A stretch of DNA of 64,000 nucleotides from Deltaproteobacteria bacterium (GTDB lineage Bacteria > Desulfobacterota > Binatia > UBA9968). The stretch's first letter is position 1. Each line of letters begins with the position of its first letter. The position numbers and the translations under genes were made by a program. Below the pieces are notes generated by a model. It did not search any database. It saw only the letters and a list, made by a program, of their open reading frames with translations, and was not told the origin of the DNA. This document shows, piece after piece, positions 15,601 to 25,053 of this stretch. The stretch lies in assembly GCA_009692615.1 (NCBI GenBank), contig SHYW01000004.1, positions 8,273-72,272 on the forward strand, in the 5' to 3' direction.

Positions 15601-16607
15601 AAAAGAAGAACAGGCCGAGTAACTCCGTTGAGACCAACAAGAAGCGAAATTTATTTTTCTACCTTGTCGCCGCCACTTCGTTACTTTTCGGCACCGCGTC
15701 GCCGCAAGCGCAAACCGAGCGCGTCACGCTCGGTTACCCGGCGACCGCGATGAGCCACTTTCCCGCTTTCGTCGGCCGCGAGTTTGGGCAATTCAAAGAT
15801 GAAGGACTCGACGTCCAGCTCGTGCGGGTGTCGGGCAACGTCGTCGTCGCGGCGCTGCTCTCTGGCGAGCTCGGTTACACCACCTCCGGCGACGGCACCA
15901 TTCGCTCGGCGGTCTTGGGATTGCCGATCAAAATGCTCGCCGCCATCGGCGTCAAACCGTCCTTGTCATTGATCGTGCGACCGGAAATCAAAACCGTCGC
16001 CGACTTGAAAGGCAAAGCCATCGCGATTTCCACGCCGGGAACGACGACGGACTTCACCGCCCGCGAGATCGTCAAACATTACGGCTTGAATCCCGATCGC
16101 GACATCACGACCATTGGCATGGGCGATCAACCCCAACGCATGGCCGCCATGCAGAGCTGCACCGCCGCCGGCGCCATCGTCACGCCGCCCAACGATCTCA
16201 AGGCCGAAGCTCAAGGATTTCGATTATTAGTATTTTCCGGCGATATCATGGAGGACAGCATTCTCGGCGTGCTCGGCACCAGCGAGCGGCGCATCAAAGA
16301 ACGGCCCGACCAAGTCAAAAAAATGGTCCGCGCCATCGTCAGATCGCTGATCTTCATCCGCCAACAGCCCGAGAAGGTGATCAACTTCGCCCAACGCTTT
16401 TGGAAACTCGACCGCAAGCAGGCGGAAAAAAGCTACGAGCTGATCGTCAAAACCATGAGCCGCGACGGCAGCGCCACCGACGCGGCGATGCAGGCGGCGA
16501 TCTATCAAGCCAAGGTAACGAGCAAGATTCAGAAAGATATTTCGCCGGCCCAAGCGGTCGATTTCAGCTTCCTTCAGCAAGTTCAACAAGAACTCAAGCT
16601 TCGCTAA
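15585..16607 (+). CDS. NMT1/THI5-like (NitT/TauT-family) ABC substrate-binding protein
   Basis: The track ORF is 15513-16607. The first in-frame ATG after the REP-encoded junk is at 15585. It has a signal-like LFFYLVAATSLLFGTASPQAQ and the core LGYPATAMSHFPAFVGREFGQFKDEGLDVQLV. Confidence 0.75.
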   Translation: MGEGEEKKNRPSNSVETNKKRNLFFYLVAATSLLFGTASPQAQTERVTLGYPATAMSHFPAFVGREFGQFKDEGLDVQLVRVSGNVVVAALLSGELGYTTSGDGTIRSAVLGLPIKMLAAIGVKPSLSLIVRPEIKTVADLKGKAIAISTPGTTTDFTAREIVKHYGLNPDRDITTIGMGDQPQRMAAMQSCTAAGAIVTPPNDLKAEAQGFRLLVFSGDIMEDSILGVLGTSERRIKERPDQVKKMVRAIVRSLIFIRQQPEKVINFAQRFWKLDRKQAEKSYELIVKTMSRDGSATDAAMQAAIYQAKVTSKIQKDISPAQAVDFSFLQQVQQELKLR

Positions 16608-16651
16608 TCAGAAATTTACTTAACTACTATAAAGTCAGAAAGTTATTCCAA

Positions 16652-17422
16652 ATGATTCAAGGTATCGATCACCTGGTCATCGTGGTCAAAGATCTCGACC
16701 AAGCTGCGAGGGACTACCAGCAACTCGGCTTCACCGTGGTGCCCGGCGGGCAGCACCCGGTGGGCAGCCATAACGTCTTGATCTCCTTCGCCGATGGTTC
16801 CTATCTGGAAATCATCGCCTTCTATCGCGAGGCGATCGATCATCGTTGGTGGGATCCGCTGGCGAAGGGCGAACGGCTGGTCGACTTTTGTTTTCAAACC
16901 GACGACCTCGGCGGCGACACCAAGAAACTCCAAGACGCCGGCGCAGCGATCAACAACCCCGTGCCCTGGTCGCGCAAGCGGCCGGATGGTTTTGAATTGA
17001 AATGGCTCTTGTCGCTGGCCACTGGCAGCCATCGCGGTGTCGCGCCATTTTTGATCGAAGATGTCACCGCGCGCAGCGAACGGGTGCCCCAAGAGTTCCA
17101 ACATCAAAATGGCATCACCGGCATCGAAAAACTGATCGTCTCGGTGGGCGAACTCGGCCCGATCGAAAAGTGGTACGGCGCGCTGCTCGGCGCCAAGGGC
17201 CAAGCCGTGCGCAACGATGAGCTAAAAGCCGATGGCCTCGGCTTTCAAACCGGCGCGCAACGCATCGACTTTCTAACCCCAAATGACGTCTCCAGCCCGC
17301 TGGTAAATTGGCTGCGCGAGTTCGGTCCCTCGCCCTACGCTGCGCAATTGAAAACCAGCAACCCATCGGAGCAATCCTTCGACCTAGGTTTGACCCACGG
17401 CGCCAACTTGGTGGTTACCTAA
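16652..17422 (+). CDS. VOC family protein (glyoxalase-like domain, two modules)
   Basis: ATG at 16652 inside track ORF 16400-17422. MIQGIDHLVIVVKDLDQAARDYQQLGFTVVPGGQHP..GSYLEIIAF. Confidence 0.75.
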   Translation: MIQGIDHLVIVVKDLDQAARDYQQLGFTVVPGGQHPVGSHNVLISFADGSYLEIIAFYREAIDHRWWDPLAKGERLVDFCFQTDDLGGDTKKLQDAGAAINNPVPWSRKRPDGFELKWLLSLATGSHRGVAPFLIEDVTARSERVPQEFQHQNGITGIEKLIVSVGELGPIEKWYGALLGAKGQAVRNDELKADGLGFQTGAQRIDFLTPNDVSSPLVNWLREFGPSPYAAQLKTSNPSEQSFDLGLTHGANLVVT

Positions 17423-17495
17423 AGCCAGCCGATCGATTACAATCGTAGTTAAGATTCTTTACCGAACGGCGTCTAACTGGCAAGGAGGCAGGCAA

Positions 17496-17837
17496 ATGGC
17501 TAACAGAAATTACCGACAGTTCACCGGCAGTGCGCTGCTGATCGTTTCGCTCATGGTCGCGCTCGTCGGTTCCGTCGGTCCGGCATGGAGCAGTCACGAG
17601 CATATCCGCAATGAAATAAATCTATTTCACGACTTCTTGCTCAACCACCCAAAGGTTTCGGCCGAATTGCGCCACAACCCCAATCTCGCCAATAACAAGA
17701 AATATTTGGCCAAGCACGAAGATTTGGCGAAGTTCTTGAAACGTCACCCCGATGTCAAACGTGAGTTAATCAATCATCCGAGCCGGGTCTTCAGCCGCCA
17801 TCATAACGAAGAGTACGCCCGTTTGCGCCACCGTTAG
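17496..17837 (+). CDS. Small secreted protein with an internal duplicated FL..HP.V..EL...P motif
   Basis: 113 aa, RBS aaggagg. It has the signal peptide ALLIVSLMVALVGSVGPAWS, and the repeats FLLNHPKVSAELRHNPNL / FLKRHPDVKRELINHPSRV. Confidence 0.6.
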   Translation: MANRNYRQFTGSALLIVSLMVALVGSVGPAWSSHEHIRNEINLFHDFLLNHPKVSAELRHNPNLANNKKYLAKHEDLAKFLKRHPDVKRELINHPSRVFSRHHNEEYARLRHR

Positions 17838-17984
17838 AAAGCGACAAGCTTAACTCGACTGCACGAATCGTCGCGGCGTTTTTTCTCGTTCATCTCGCCG
17901 CGATTTGACAGCCTGTCAGCCTACCGTTACTGTGCCCCAATGCTTCGCCTCGTTGCGGACTGAGACAATCACTGGAGGACACCT

Positions 17985-18677
17985 ATGACGCTACCGGAAA
18001 AACTCGCGCTCGCCTGCCGCATACTCGCCATGCAGGGGCACAACGATATGATCTACGGCCACGTCTCAGCACTCACCGACAAGCCCAACGAATATTGGAT
18101 CAAGGGCTCGGGCATCGGCTTGGAAGAAGCCGTCGGCGACGACATGGTGCTGATCGATTTCGACGGCAACACGCTGGCCGGCAAGCGCAAACGCCACAAT
18201 GAGTTTCCCATCCACAGCGAAGTCTATCGGACCAACCCGGCGATCAAATGCGTCATCCACACCCATCCGACCTATTCGACGATCATCGCGTCGTCGGAAC
18301 ATCGGCTGTTGCCGATCACCAATTTGAGCTGCGCCTTTTATCCGCCGGCGATCAATAAATTCGAAGAGTCTTCCGACTTGATTGTCACCGCCGAGCAAGG
18401 CGCTTCGGTGGCGAAACTCTTGGGCGAACATAAAATTGTTCTCCTACGTAACCACGGCATCGTCGTCGCCGGCACATCCATCGAAGAAGCCTGCATCCGC
18501 GGCGTCCTGCTCGAATACAGCGCCAAAACCCAAGTCACCGCCGCCTCCATGGGCGCCTTCTCCTGGGCCACCGACACCGACGCATTATTGAAGAGAAAAA
18601 GAATCTATCGGCCCGATGCGATGTTGAATCTGTGGGATTATTACGTGCGCATGCTCGAGAAACATGAAAGCAAGTAA
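17985..18677 (+). CDS. Class II aldolase/adducin-family protein
   Basis: 230 aa. FPIHSEVYRTNPAIKCVIHTHPTYS and LLRNHGIVVAGTSIEEA are class II aldolase motifs. Confidence 0.8.
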   Translation: MTLPEKLALACRILAMQGHNDMIYGHVSALTDKPNEYWIKGSGIGLEEAVGDDMVLIDFDGNTLAGKRKRHNEFPIHSEVYRTNPAIKCVIHTHPTYSTIIASSEHRLLPITNLSCAFYPPAINKFEESSDLIVTAEQGASVAKLLGEHKIVLLRNHGIVVAGTSIEEACIRGVLLEYSAKTQVTAASMGAFSWATDTDALLKRKRIYRPDAMLNLWDYYVRMLEKHESK

Positions 18678-18681
18678 GCCT

Positions 18682-19869
18682 TCAACGGTGAATCGCCAAG
18701 AACGCAAAAACCTTGGCCGCGTCGAGCACGCTATTCAGCGGAACCAGATCATGATCGGTGTGCTGAAACTTAATATGCCGTGAGCCGTAGTTGATCGCCT
18801 GAATGCCGCGGTGATTGAACAAACCGGTGTCGTTGGCGGCGGTGGAATATGAAAACTTCGGCTCATGGTTGAGCATCGTGCGAATCCCCTGCTCCAAGAC
18901 CTGCACCACTTCGGCATCGCGCTTCACTTCACTGGGATACATAAAATCGCGCGGCGACACTTCGATCTCGTAGGGTTCGATGGTGCCGATGGCGTCGCGC
19001 ATCTGCTGCACCGCTTTGGCCGGATCGTCGCCGGGCAGTAAGCGGCGGTCGAACATGATGCGGCATTCGCTCTGAATCGTGTGCGTCGCCTTGGGAAAAC
19101 TCTCGATCGCATTGGTGGTCAAACTGACGTCGCCGAGATCGGCGTGGGATCGTTCTTCGGGAAACGGCATCAAGGGTTTCAACCGCTCCAACACAAGCAT
19201 GGCGCCCTCGATGGCGTTGACGCCCTCCCACGGCCGGCTGCTGTGCGCCTGCTTGCCTTTGACGGTCACCAGCACGTCGACTCTACCTTTGTTGCCCAGT
19301 TGAATTTCCGGCGGCCCGTCGATGATGCACCAGTCGGCCTCGACGCTGCCATGATCGAGCACGTAAGCGAGAGAATCATGCTTGCCGGTCTCGCCCGCGG
19401 TGCTGACGACGAAATAAAGATCGCTCGGCAGCTCGACTTTGTTGACGCCGAGAAAACGCACCGCCGCCATCATCGCCGCCAAACTACCCTTCTGCTCGCA
19501 GGCGCCGCGGCCCCAGACGCATTGGCCGGAAAGTTTGTAGGGCGTGCCGTCGATGACTTCACCCGAATAGGGATTCTCCATCGTACTCGGCGCCGCGCAC
19601 ATGGCATAGCCCACCAGCATCAAGCGGTCCTGGGAAGAGCGGCCGCGCAGCCGTAGTATCAGATTGCCCATCTTGTCGATGGCGGGATGAAGACCGGCCT
19701 GCTCAAGCTCCGGTTTGACCACATCGGTGATCAGCGCCAACACCTGCGGCTCGGCTTCGAGCAGCCGGGTCTGCGGACTGGCATGCTGGACGAGTTTAAC
19801 CGTGAGCCGTTTGACCTCATCGTAACTCAGATGCTTTTCGATTAATTTTTTCGCCGTGCCGTCATCCAT
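18682..19869 (-). CDS. M20-family metallopeptidase (ArgE/DapE/amidohydrolase-like)
   Basis: 395 aa. It contains GRGACEQKGS, VVSTAGETG and GKQAHSSRPWEGVNA, which are M20 catalytic and dimerisation-domain features. Confidence 0.75.
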   Translation of the reverse strand: MDDGTAKKLIEKHLSYDEVKRLTVKLVQHASPQTRLLEAEPQVLALITDVVKPELEQAGLHPAIDKMGNLILRLRGRSSQDRLMLVGYAMCAAPSTMENPYSGEVIDGTPYKLSGQCVWGRGACEQKGSLAAMMAAVRFLGVNKVELPSDLYFVVSTAGETGKHDSLAYVLDHGSVEADWCIIDGPPEIQLGNKGRVDVLVTVKGKQAHSSRPWEGVNAIEGAMLVLERLKPLMPFPEERSHADLGDVSLTTNAIESFPKATHTIQSECRIMFDRRLLPGDDPAKAVQQMRDAIGTIEPYEIEVSPRDFMYPSEVKRDAEVVQVLEQGIRTMLNHEPKFSYSTAANDTGLFNHRGIQAINYGSRHIKFQHTDHDLVPLNSVLDAAKVFAFLAIHR

Positions 19870-19900
19870 CCTACTCGTGCCTCACGCCTCAAGCCTAATT

Positions 19901-21619
19901 TTAATGCCCCTCGAAGGTGCCGGCGGCCTTGCCAACTTTTCGCGCGATCACCACCAGCACGATGCACACTACACTGACAATCAGCGCCAAGGAACACATG
20001 GGGCCGAGATTGCCATCGACGTAGAAATGGTAGAGCAGCGGTCCCAACGGTTCGGCGCCCGGCGAATAGAGAAAGACCGAGGTGCTGAACTCGCGCAAAA
20101 AAATCGTCGCCAGGATAATCCATCCGGCGATGAACCCCGGCCGTAGCAGCGGCAAGAGAATACGCCGAAAGGTCGTCAAAAAGCTCGCGCCGCAAGCCAT
20201 CGACGCCTGCTGCAAGTCGTCGTGCAATTGCACGATCGTACTGGTCATGGTGCGCAAACCGTAGGGCAAGAACCGGGTAATGTAACCGATCAGCAAGATC
20301 CACAAAGTGCCGTAAATCGGTAGCGGTATGTAAACGTAAGTCCAAAGCAGACCGATGCCCAATGCCGTGCCGGGAAACGCCCATGGAATAAACGTCATCG
20401 CTTCGATCAAACCGCGGCCTCTAGCTTTGCTCTTAGTCGTGACCCACGCCGTCAGAGCGGCGAGCAGCATGCACAAGGTCGCGCCACCGACCGAAAGCAT
20501 CAAGCTATTTTGCAAGGCCCGATAGGTGCGCGAGTCGGTGAAGTTGGCGCGATAGTTGTCGAGCGTCAAAAGCTCCCAGGTCTTGGCGCTCGGCACGTGG
20601 ATGTAAGAGATAAACGAAACATAGATCATCACCATGAACGGCAGCGCGACGATCAGCAGCAGGATCAAGCTCGCCACCAGCGATGCCGCCCAGCGCCACT
20701 TACCCAGATCGATGATCATCGGCCGATAGCCGCGGCCGGTCACCGTGACGTAGCGCTCAGAGCGCGCGGTCAAGCGGCGATAGAAATACACGAACAGCAT
20801 GGTGATGAACAGCAGCGACACGCCATAAGCGGCGGCGAGATTTTGATTGGGCGGAAAGGCGCCCACCGCTTCGCGATAAATTTTTGTCGTAAACACTTCG
20901 ATCCGCGCCGGTAACGCAATAATCGCCGGCGTGTCGAAGCTTTCGATAGCGCGGACGAAGTTGAGCATCGCCGAAGCCAACAACGCCGGCCGGACGATGG
21001 GAATCGTAATGCGCCAAGCGATCTGCAAATTGCTCGATCCAGCCACCCGCGCGGACTCTTCTAGCGAAGGGTCCATGGAGTATAGCGCCGCCGAAATCAT
21101 CAAAAACGCCAGCGGCACGGTGATCAAAGCTTCGACATACATCATGCCCCAAAGGGAATAGAGATTGAGCGGCGCTTGCGCGAGATCGAAGAGCTGCATT
21201 AGCAAACGGTTGATCAAGCCGGTGCGCGGGCTCAGCAACACGGTCCAGGAGACGGCCAACATCACCGGTGGAAAAATATTCGGTACGATGGCGGTCAACT
21301 CGAACAGTTTGCGAAACGGCGCATTGGTGCGGATCGAGATCCACGCCAGGATCGCCGCCAACGCTGTCGCCAATAGCGCCGAGCCGCCGGCGAAGATGAA
21401 GGAATTGAACAGCAACTGATAGGTTAACGGATCGGAATAAGCGCTAACGTAATGGGCCAGGGTAAAGCCGCCGGGCACACCCAACGGTTTATCGCGGAAG
21501 CTGCCATAGAATAGCATCAAGGTTGGCGACAGACTTAGATAAGCGATCACCAGACCGATGCCCCAAACCACGCCGAGCTGGGGATCGCGGCGAAACGCGC
21601 CAAGGAACCGGGAAATCAT
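19901..21619 (-). CDS. Fused two-domain ABC transporter permease (iron(III)/thiamine-type, FbpB-like)
   Basis: The track ORF runs to 21706 but would include a terminator hairpin. I prefer the ATG at 21619 with RBS gagggcagg. It has about 12 TM segments and two EAA-like loops (EESARVAGSS; QQASMACGAS). Confidence 0.8.
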   Translation of the reverse strand: MISRFLGAFRRDPQLGVVWGIGLVIAYLSLSPTLMLFYGSFRDKPLGVPGGFTLAHYVSAYSDPLTYQLLFNSFIFAGGSALLATALAAILAWISIRTNAPFRKLFELTAIVPNIFPPVMLAVSWTVLLSPRTGLINRLLMQLFDLAQAPLNLYSLWGMMYVEALITVPLAFLMISAALYSMDPSLEESARVAGSSNLQIAWRITIPIVRPALLASAMLNFVRAIESFDTPAIIALPARIEVFTTKIYREAVGAFPPNQNLAAAYGVSLLFITMLFVYFYRRLTARSERYVTVTGRGYRPMIIDLGKWRWAASLVASLILLLIVALPFMVMIYVSFISYIHVPSAKTWELLTLDNYRANFTDSRTYRALQNSLMLSVGGATLCMLLAALTAWVTTKSKARGRGLIEAMTFIPWAFPGTALGIGLLWTYVYIPLPIYGTLWILLIGYITRFLPYGLRTMTSTIVQLHDDLQQASMACGASFLTTFRRILLPLLRPGFIAGWIILATIFLREFSTSVFLYSPGAEPLGPLLYHFYVDGNLGPMCSLALIVSVVCIVLVVIARKVGKAAGTFEGH

Positions 21620-21660
21620 CGCCTGCCCTCGAGTTGCGCATGAATGTAGAGTTGCATAAC

Positions 21661-21700
21661 CAAAACTAAGAAGGGCCAGCGCTATGGCCGGCCCTTCTTT
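21661..21700 (-). terminator. Putative intrinsic terminator after the substrate-binding protein gene
   Basis: On the minus strand it reads aagaagggccggccatagcgctggcccttctt followed by agttttg. The stem is GC-rich and the U-tract is short. Confidence 0.45.
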
Positions 21701-21729
21701 ATTCACTAATCAATGGCGCTTTTCAACGA

Positions 21730-22743
21730 TTACTTTGCTGCGGCGAAGATGTCGCGAAAGGTGCCGCTCATGAGCTTCTTGAACTCGTCCTCTGAGGGAT
21801 TGTCCATGAACACCATGCGCGGCGCGACCTTTTCGGCGTCTTTAATCGGCGGATAAACGCCCGGCGCCAAGACAAATTCGCCATCCTCGGCGATTTCCTT
21901 TTGCCCTTCGACGGAGCAGGCAAAATCGATGTAGAGCTTAGCGGCATTAGCTCGTGTCGACTTGGCGCTAAGACTCAAGTAATTGGGATCGGTCAGATAC
22001 CTATCCATCGGGATGAAGTCCACCGGCCCTTTGTATTGCTTGATGTACTTGATGTAAGTGATGCCCAACGCGGCTTCGCCTTTGATCACGGTGGTGGTCA
22101 CTGGAGCCAGAGATTCGACTAGGATGGGATTCTGCTTGGCCAGCGCTTTCACATAATCCAACCACTTGTCGCCCTTGAATTCTTTGCGCCGCAGGTTCCA
22201 GAGAAATTGCGCCGTGGTGGTGTGGCGCGTCGGATCGGGAATGGAAATTTTGCCGCTCCATTTAGGATTTAACAAATCGTCGAACGTCTTGGGCAAGTCC
22301 GCCGCTTTAACCAACTCGGTGTTGAAGAGAATGCTGATCGGCAGCACCCGCCAGGGCGTGATCAAACCGTCTTTCTCTTTGTACTGAGCGGGAAATTTCT
22401 CCGACGACGGCGGCACGAACTTCTGAAAGAGACCCTCGCCTTTCATGATCAACTGCACGCCGCGGTTGCCCTCGGCGATATCGAAACCGGGCCGGCCGGC
22501 GCGCCACTCGGTCAGCGCGCGCTCGGACACTTGAGTCGATGAACCGCGCCAGTATTCAACGTCGATGCCGTATTTCTTTTTGAACGCTTGATGCAGCCCC
22601 TCCATCGCTTGTGGCACGACGGAGCCATAGACCACCACCTTGCCTTCCTTCTTGGCGGCGTCGAGGTTGGCGGGCTGCGCCGAAGCAGTTGCGATGCGCA
22701 ACAGCAGGAAAACCGAAAGTAATAATAGTTTAGTAAATTTCAT
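21730..22743 (-). CDS. Family-1 extracellular solute-binding protein (Fe3+/AfuA-like ABC SBP)
   Basis: ATG at 22743 with RBS ggagga. It has the signal MKFTKLLLLSVFLLLRIATASA, then AKKEGKVVVYGSVVPQAMEGL..KKYGIDVEYWRG. Confidence 0.8.
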   Translation of the reverse strand: MKFTKLLLLSVFLLLRIATASAQPANLDAAKKEGKVVVYGSVVPQAMEGLHQAFKKKYGIDVEYWRGSSTQVSERALTEWRAGRPGFDIAEGNRGVQLIMKGEGLFQKFVPPSSEKFPAQYKEKDGLITPWRVLPISILFNTELVKAADLPKTFDDLLNPKWSGKISIPDPTRHTTTAQFLWNLRRKEFKGDKWLDYVKALAKQNPILVESLAPVTTTVIKGEAALGITYIKYIKQYKGPVDFIPMDRYLTDPNYLSLSAKSTRANAAKLYIDFACSVEGQKEIAEDGEFVLAPGVYPPIKDAEKVAPRMVFMDNPSEDEFKKLMSGTFRDIFAAAK

Positions 22744-22930
22744 CGCATCCTCCGACTCAATCAACTCGGCATTTCGCGATCGGGGTATGAACCCCGCTCG
22801 CGACCAAAGGGGATGCTCGCCCCCTTTGGAAACCCCATTTAGTTGTGCCCGCCGCAAGCAGCGGGCAATATTAGATTTAAACAAAAAACTACCGACGCGC
22901 TCTGGCTAAGTCAAGCCGTCGGCTGAAAAG

Positions 22931-24022
22931 CTACTTGGCGATGAACAACTGGCGAAACTCGGCCTGGAGCTTTTGCAATTGTTCGGCGCTCGGATCTTCT
23001 AACAGTTGCAGATTAGCCATGATCCGCTCGGCGCCTTTGATCGCCGGAAAGACTCCCGGCGCTAAAACGAATTCGTAGGTCTCGGAAACTTTTTTCTGCC
23101 CCTCGGGCGAGCAGAGATAATCGATCAAGAAGCGCGCGGCATTAGGATTGACCGCCTTCGCGCTAATCGCCGCATCGCTCGGATCGGCGAACACTTGCTC
23201 GATGGGCGCGAAACCGATGGGCCCTTTGGTCTGCGGCACATATTGAATGTAAGAAATGCCGAGAGCGGCTTCGCCGCGGACGATGGCGTTGGGCACGGAC
23301 GAATAGGACTCAACCAGCAACGGCTTTTGTTTGGCGAGTGCGCGCACGAAGTCGAGCCACTTGTCGCCTTTGATTTTCTGCAGGTTCCATAAGAATGTCG
23401 CCGTGCTGGCGTGGCGCGAAGGATCGGGCAGAGAAATTTTTCCCAGCCACTTGGGATCTAGCAGGTCGTCCAAACTTTTCGGCACGTCGTTACCTTTCAC
23501 TAAATCGGTGTTGGTAAGAATGCCCACGGGTGTAACCCGCCAAGCGGTCAACTGACCGTCTTTATCCTTGAACTTGGCGGGAAAATTTGCCGCGCTCGCC
23601 GGCGTGAACTTCGCGTAAACGCCATCGGCCTTACCCAACGCCAACGGACCGCGGGCACCGATCACCATGTCGAAACCAGGTTTACCGGCGCGCCATTCGG
23701 TCAGCACGCGGTCGATGAGTTTGGTCGCGTCGCCGCGCCAGTACTCGATATTGACGCCGTACTTGGCTTCAAAGCCCTTCTCGATGAGCGACATCACCTG
23801 GGGAATGATGGTGCCGTAAACGTTGACCTTGCCTTCCTTCTTAGCCGCTTCATGGCTCACACCCTGAGCTGAAACCTGTGCCGTCGGACCAAGAAGAATG
23901 CAAAGCAAAAATAAAAATGCATAACGCCCAACTGGTTGTCGGAGCCAAGTTACCTTCCCCCTTTGAAAAAGGGGGATTGAGGAGAATTTTCCTTGCACGA
24001 TAACGAAATTTTTCATAAACAC
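22931..24022 (-). CDS. Family-1 extracellular solute-binding protein (paralog of 21730-22743)
   Basis: It contains AKKEGKVNVYGTIIPQVMSLIEKGFEAKYGVNIEYWRG. The start is uncertain because the 5' region crosses a small hairpin (ccccctttgaaaaaggggg). Confidence 0.7.
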   Translation of the reverse strand: MFMKNFVIVQGKFSSIPLFQRGKVTWLRQPVGRYAFLFLLCILLGPTAQVSAQGVSHEAAKKEGKVNVYGTIIPQVMSLIEKGFEAKYGVNIEYWRGDATKLIDRVLTEWRAGKPGFDMVIGARGPLALGKADGVYAKFTPASAANFPAKFKDKDGQLTAWRVTPVGILTNTDLVKGNDVPKSLDDLLDPKWLGKISLPDPSRHASTATFLWNLQKIKGDKWLDFVRALAKQKPLLVESYSSVPNAIVRGEAALGISYIQYVPQTKGPIGFAPIEQVFADPSDAAISAKAVNPNAARFLIDYLCSPEGQKKVSETYEFVLAPGVFPAIKGAERIMANLQLLEDPSAEQLQKLQAEFRQLFIAK

Positions 24023-24059
24023 CTCTTGGACTATCCAGTTAAAATTGACAATCTAATTC

Positions 24060-25043
24060 TCAGCCGACAATCTCACGCACCATGCGAACAACTTTCTTGC
24101 GCGCCTCTTGCGTCCCCGTCGGCAACACGATCGGCAGGTCGAGCCCGCCCTTGGTGAACGCTTCGAGCTGTTTGGCGCATTCATTCGGCGTCCCAGCCAC
24201 CGAGTGGGCGAAGACCACTTCATCGCTGATAAATTTCTTCGCCGTGTCCCAATCGCGCTTGCCCACCGCGGCGGCCAAACCTTCTTGATCGACCTTGCCG
24301 CCGCCCAAGCGGATATTCTCGGCGTGGTGCACGTTGCGAAAAATATATGCAAGAAAATGTTTATTCGCTTCGATGGCTTCCTTGGCGCTGTCCGAAACTG
24401 CAGCAGTGACGAAGCCGGCGACATCGACATTAGTCGCCGCCTTACCGCCCTTGCCTGCGCCAACAGCGATATCATCGGCGCATTTACGAATATAGCCCGG
24501 CGCGCAGCCCGCCGACAACAACACGCCGTCGCCGATCTCGCCGCCCAGTCGCAACATCAGCGAACGCACTGCGGTGATATACATCTTGATCGGCGCCGAG
24601 GGCACGAAGCCCATCTTTGCGCCGTTGACCTGAAACATCTTGCCTTGAAAATTCACCGTCTCGCCTTTGAGATAGCGGCGCAGGATGTCGACATACTCGC
24701 GCATGGTCTGCAACGGATGGGGCGACTCCATGCCGGCTTCTTTCAAAGCTGCGGCGTTGCCAGTACCCGGACTCGCGATCACCCGGCCGGGAGCAAACTC
24801 GTCCATGGTGGCGATCGACATGGCGGTGATGATCGGATTGCGCGAATACGGACTCATCGGCGCCGCCGCGACTTTGATTTTACTGGTTCGCGCCAACAGC
24901 GCCATCGAAGTGGTGAAGGAATCGCGAAAACAGAGATGATCCGACATCCAGATCGAGTCCATGCCGATTTCATCCGCCAGCTGAGCGAGTTCGATCATCT
25001 CTTGAATCGAATAAAAACCATCAAAGCACAGACCCACGCGCAT
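24060..25043 (-). CDS. LLM-class flavin/F420-dependent oxidoreductase
   Basis: 327 aa. MRVGLCFDG..LAQLADEIGMDSIWMSDHLCFRD..SPYSRNPIITAMSIATMDEFAPGR. Confidence 0.8.
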   Translation of the reverse strand: MRVGLCFDGFYSIQEMIELAQLADEIGMDSIWMSDHLCFRDSFTTSMALLARTSKIKVAAAPMSPYSRNPIITAMSIATMDEFAPGRVIASPGTGNAAALKEAGMESPHPLQTMREYVDILRRYLKGETVNFQGKMFQVNGAKMGFVPSAPIKMYITAVRSLMLRLGGEIGDGVLLSAGCAPGYIRKCADDIAVGAGKGGKAATNVDVAGFVTAAVSDSAKEAIEANKHFLAYIFRNVHHAENIRLGGGKVDQEGLAAAVGKRDWDTAKKFISDEVVFAHSVAGTPNECAKQLEAFTKGGLDLPIVLPTGTQEARKKVVRMVREIVG

Positions 25044-25053
25044 AATCTTGCTC

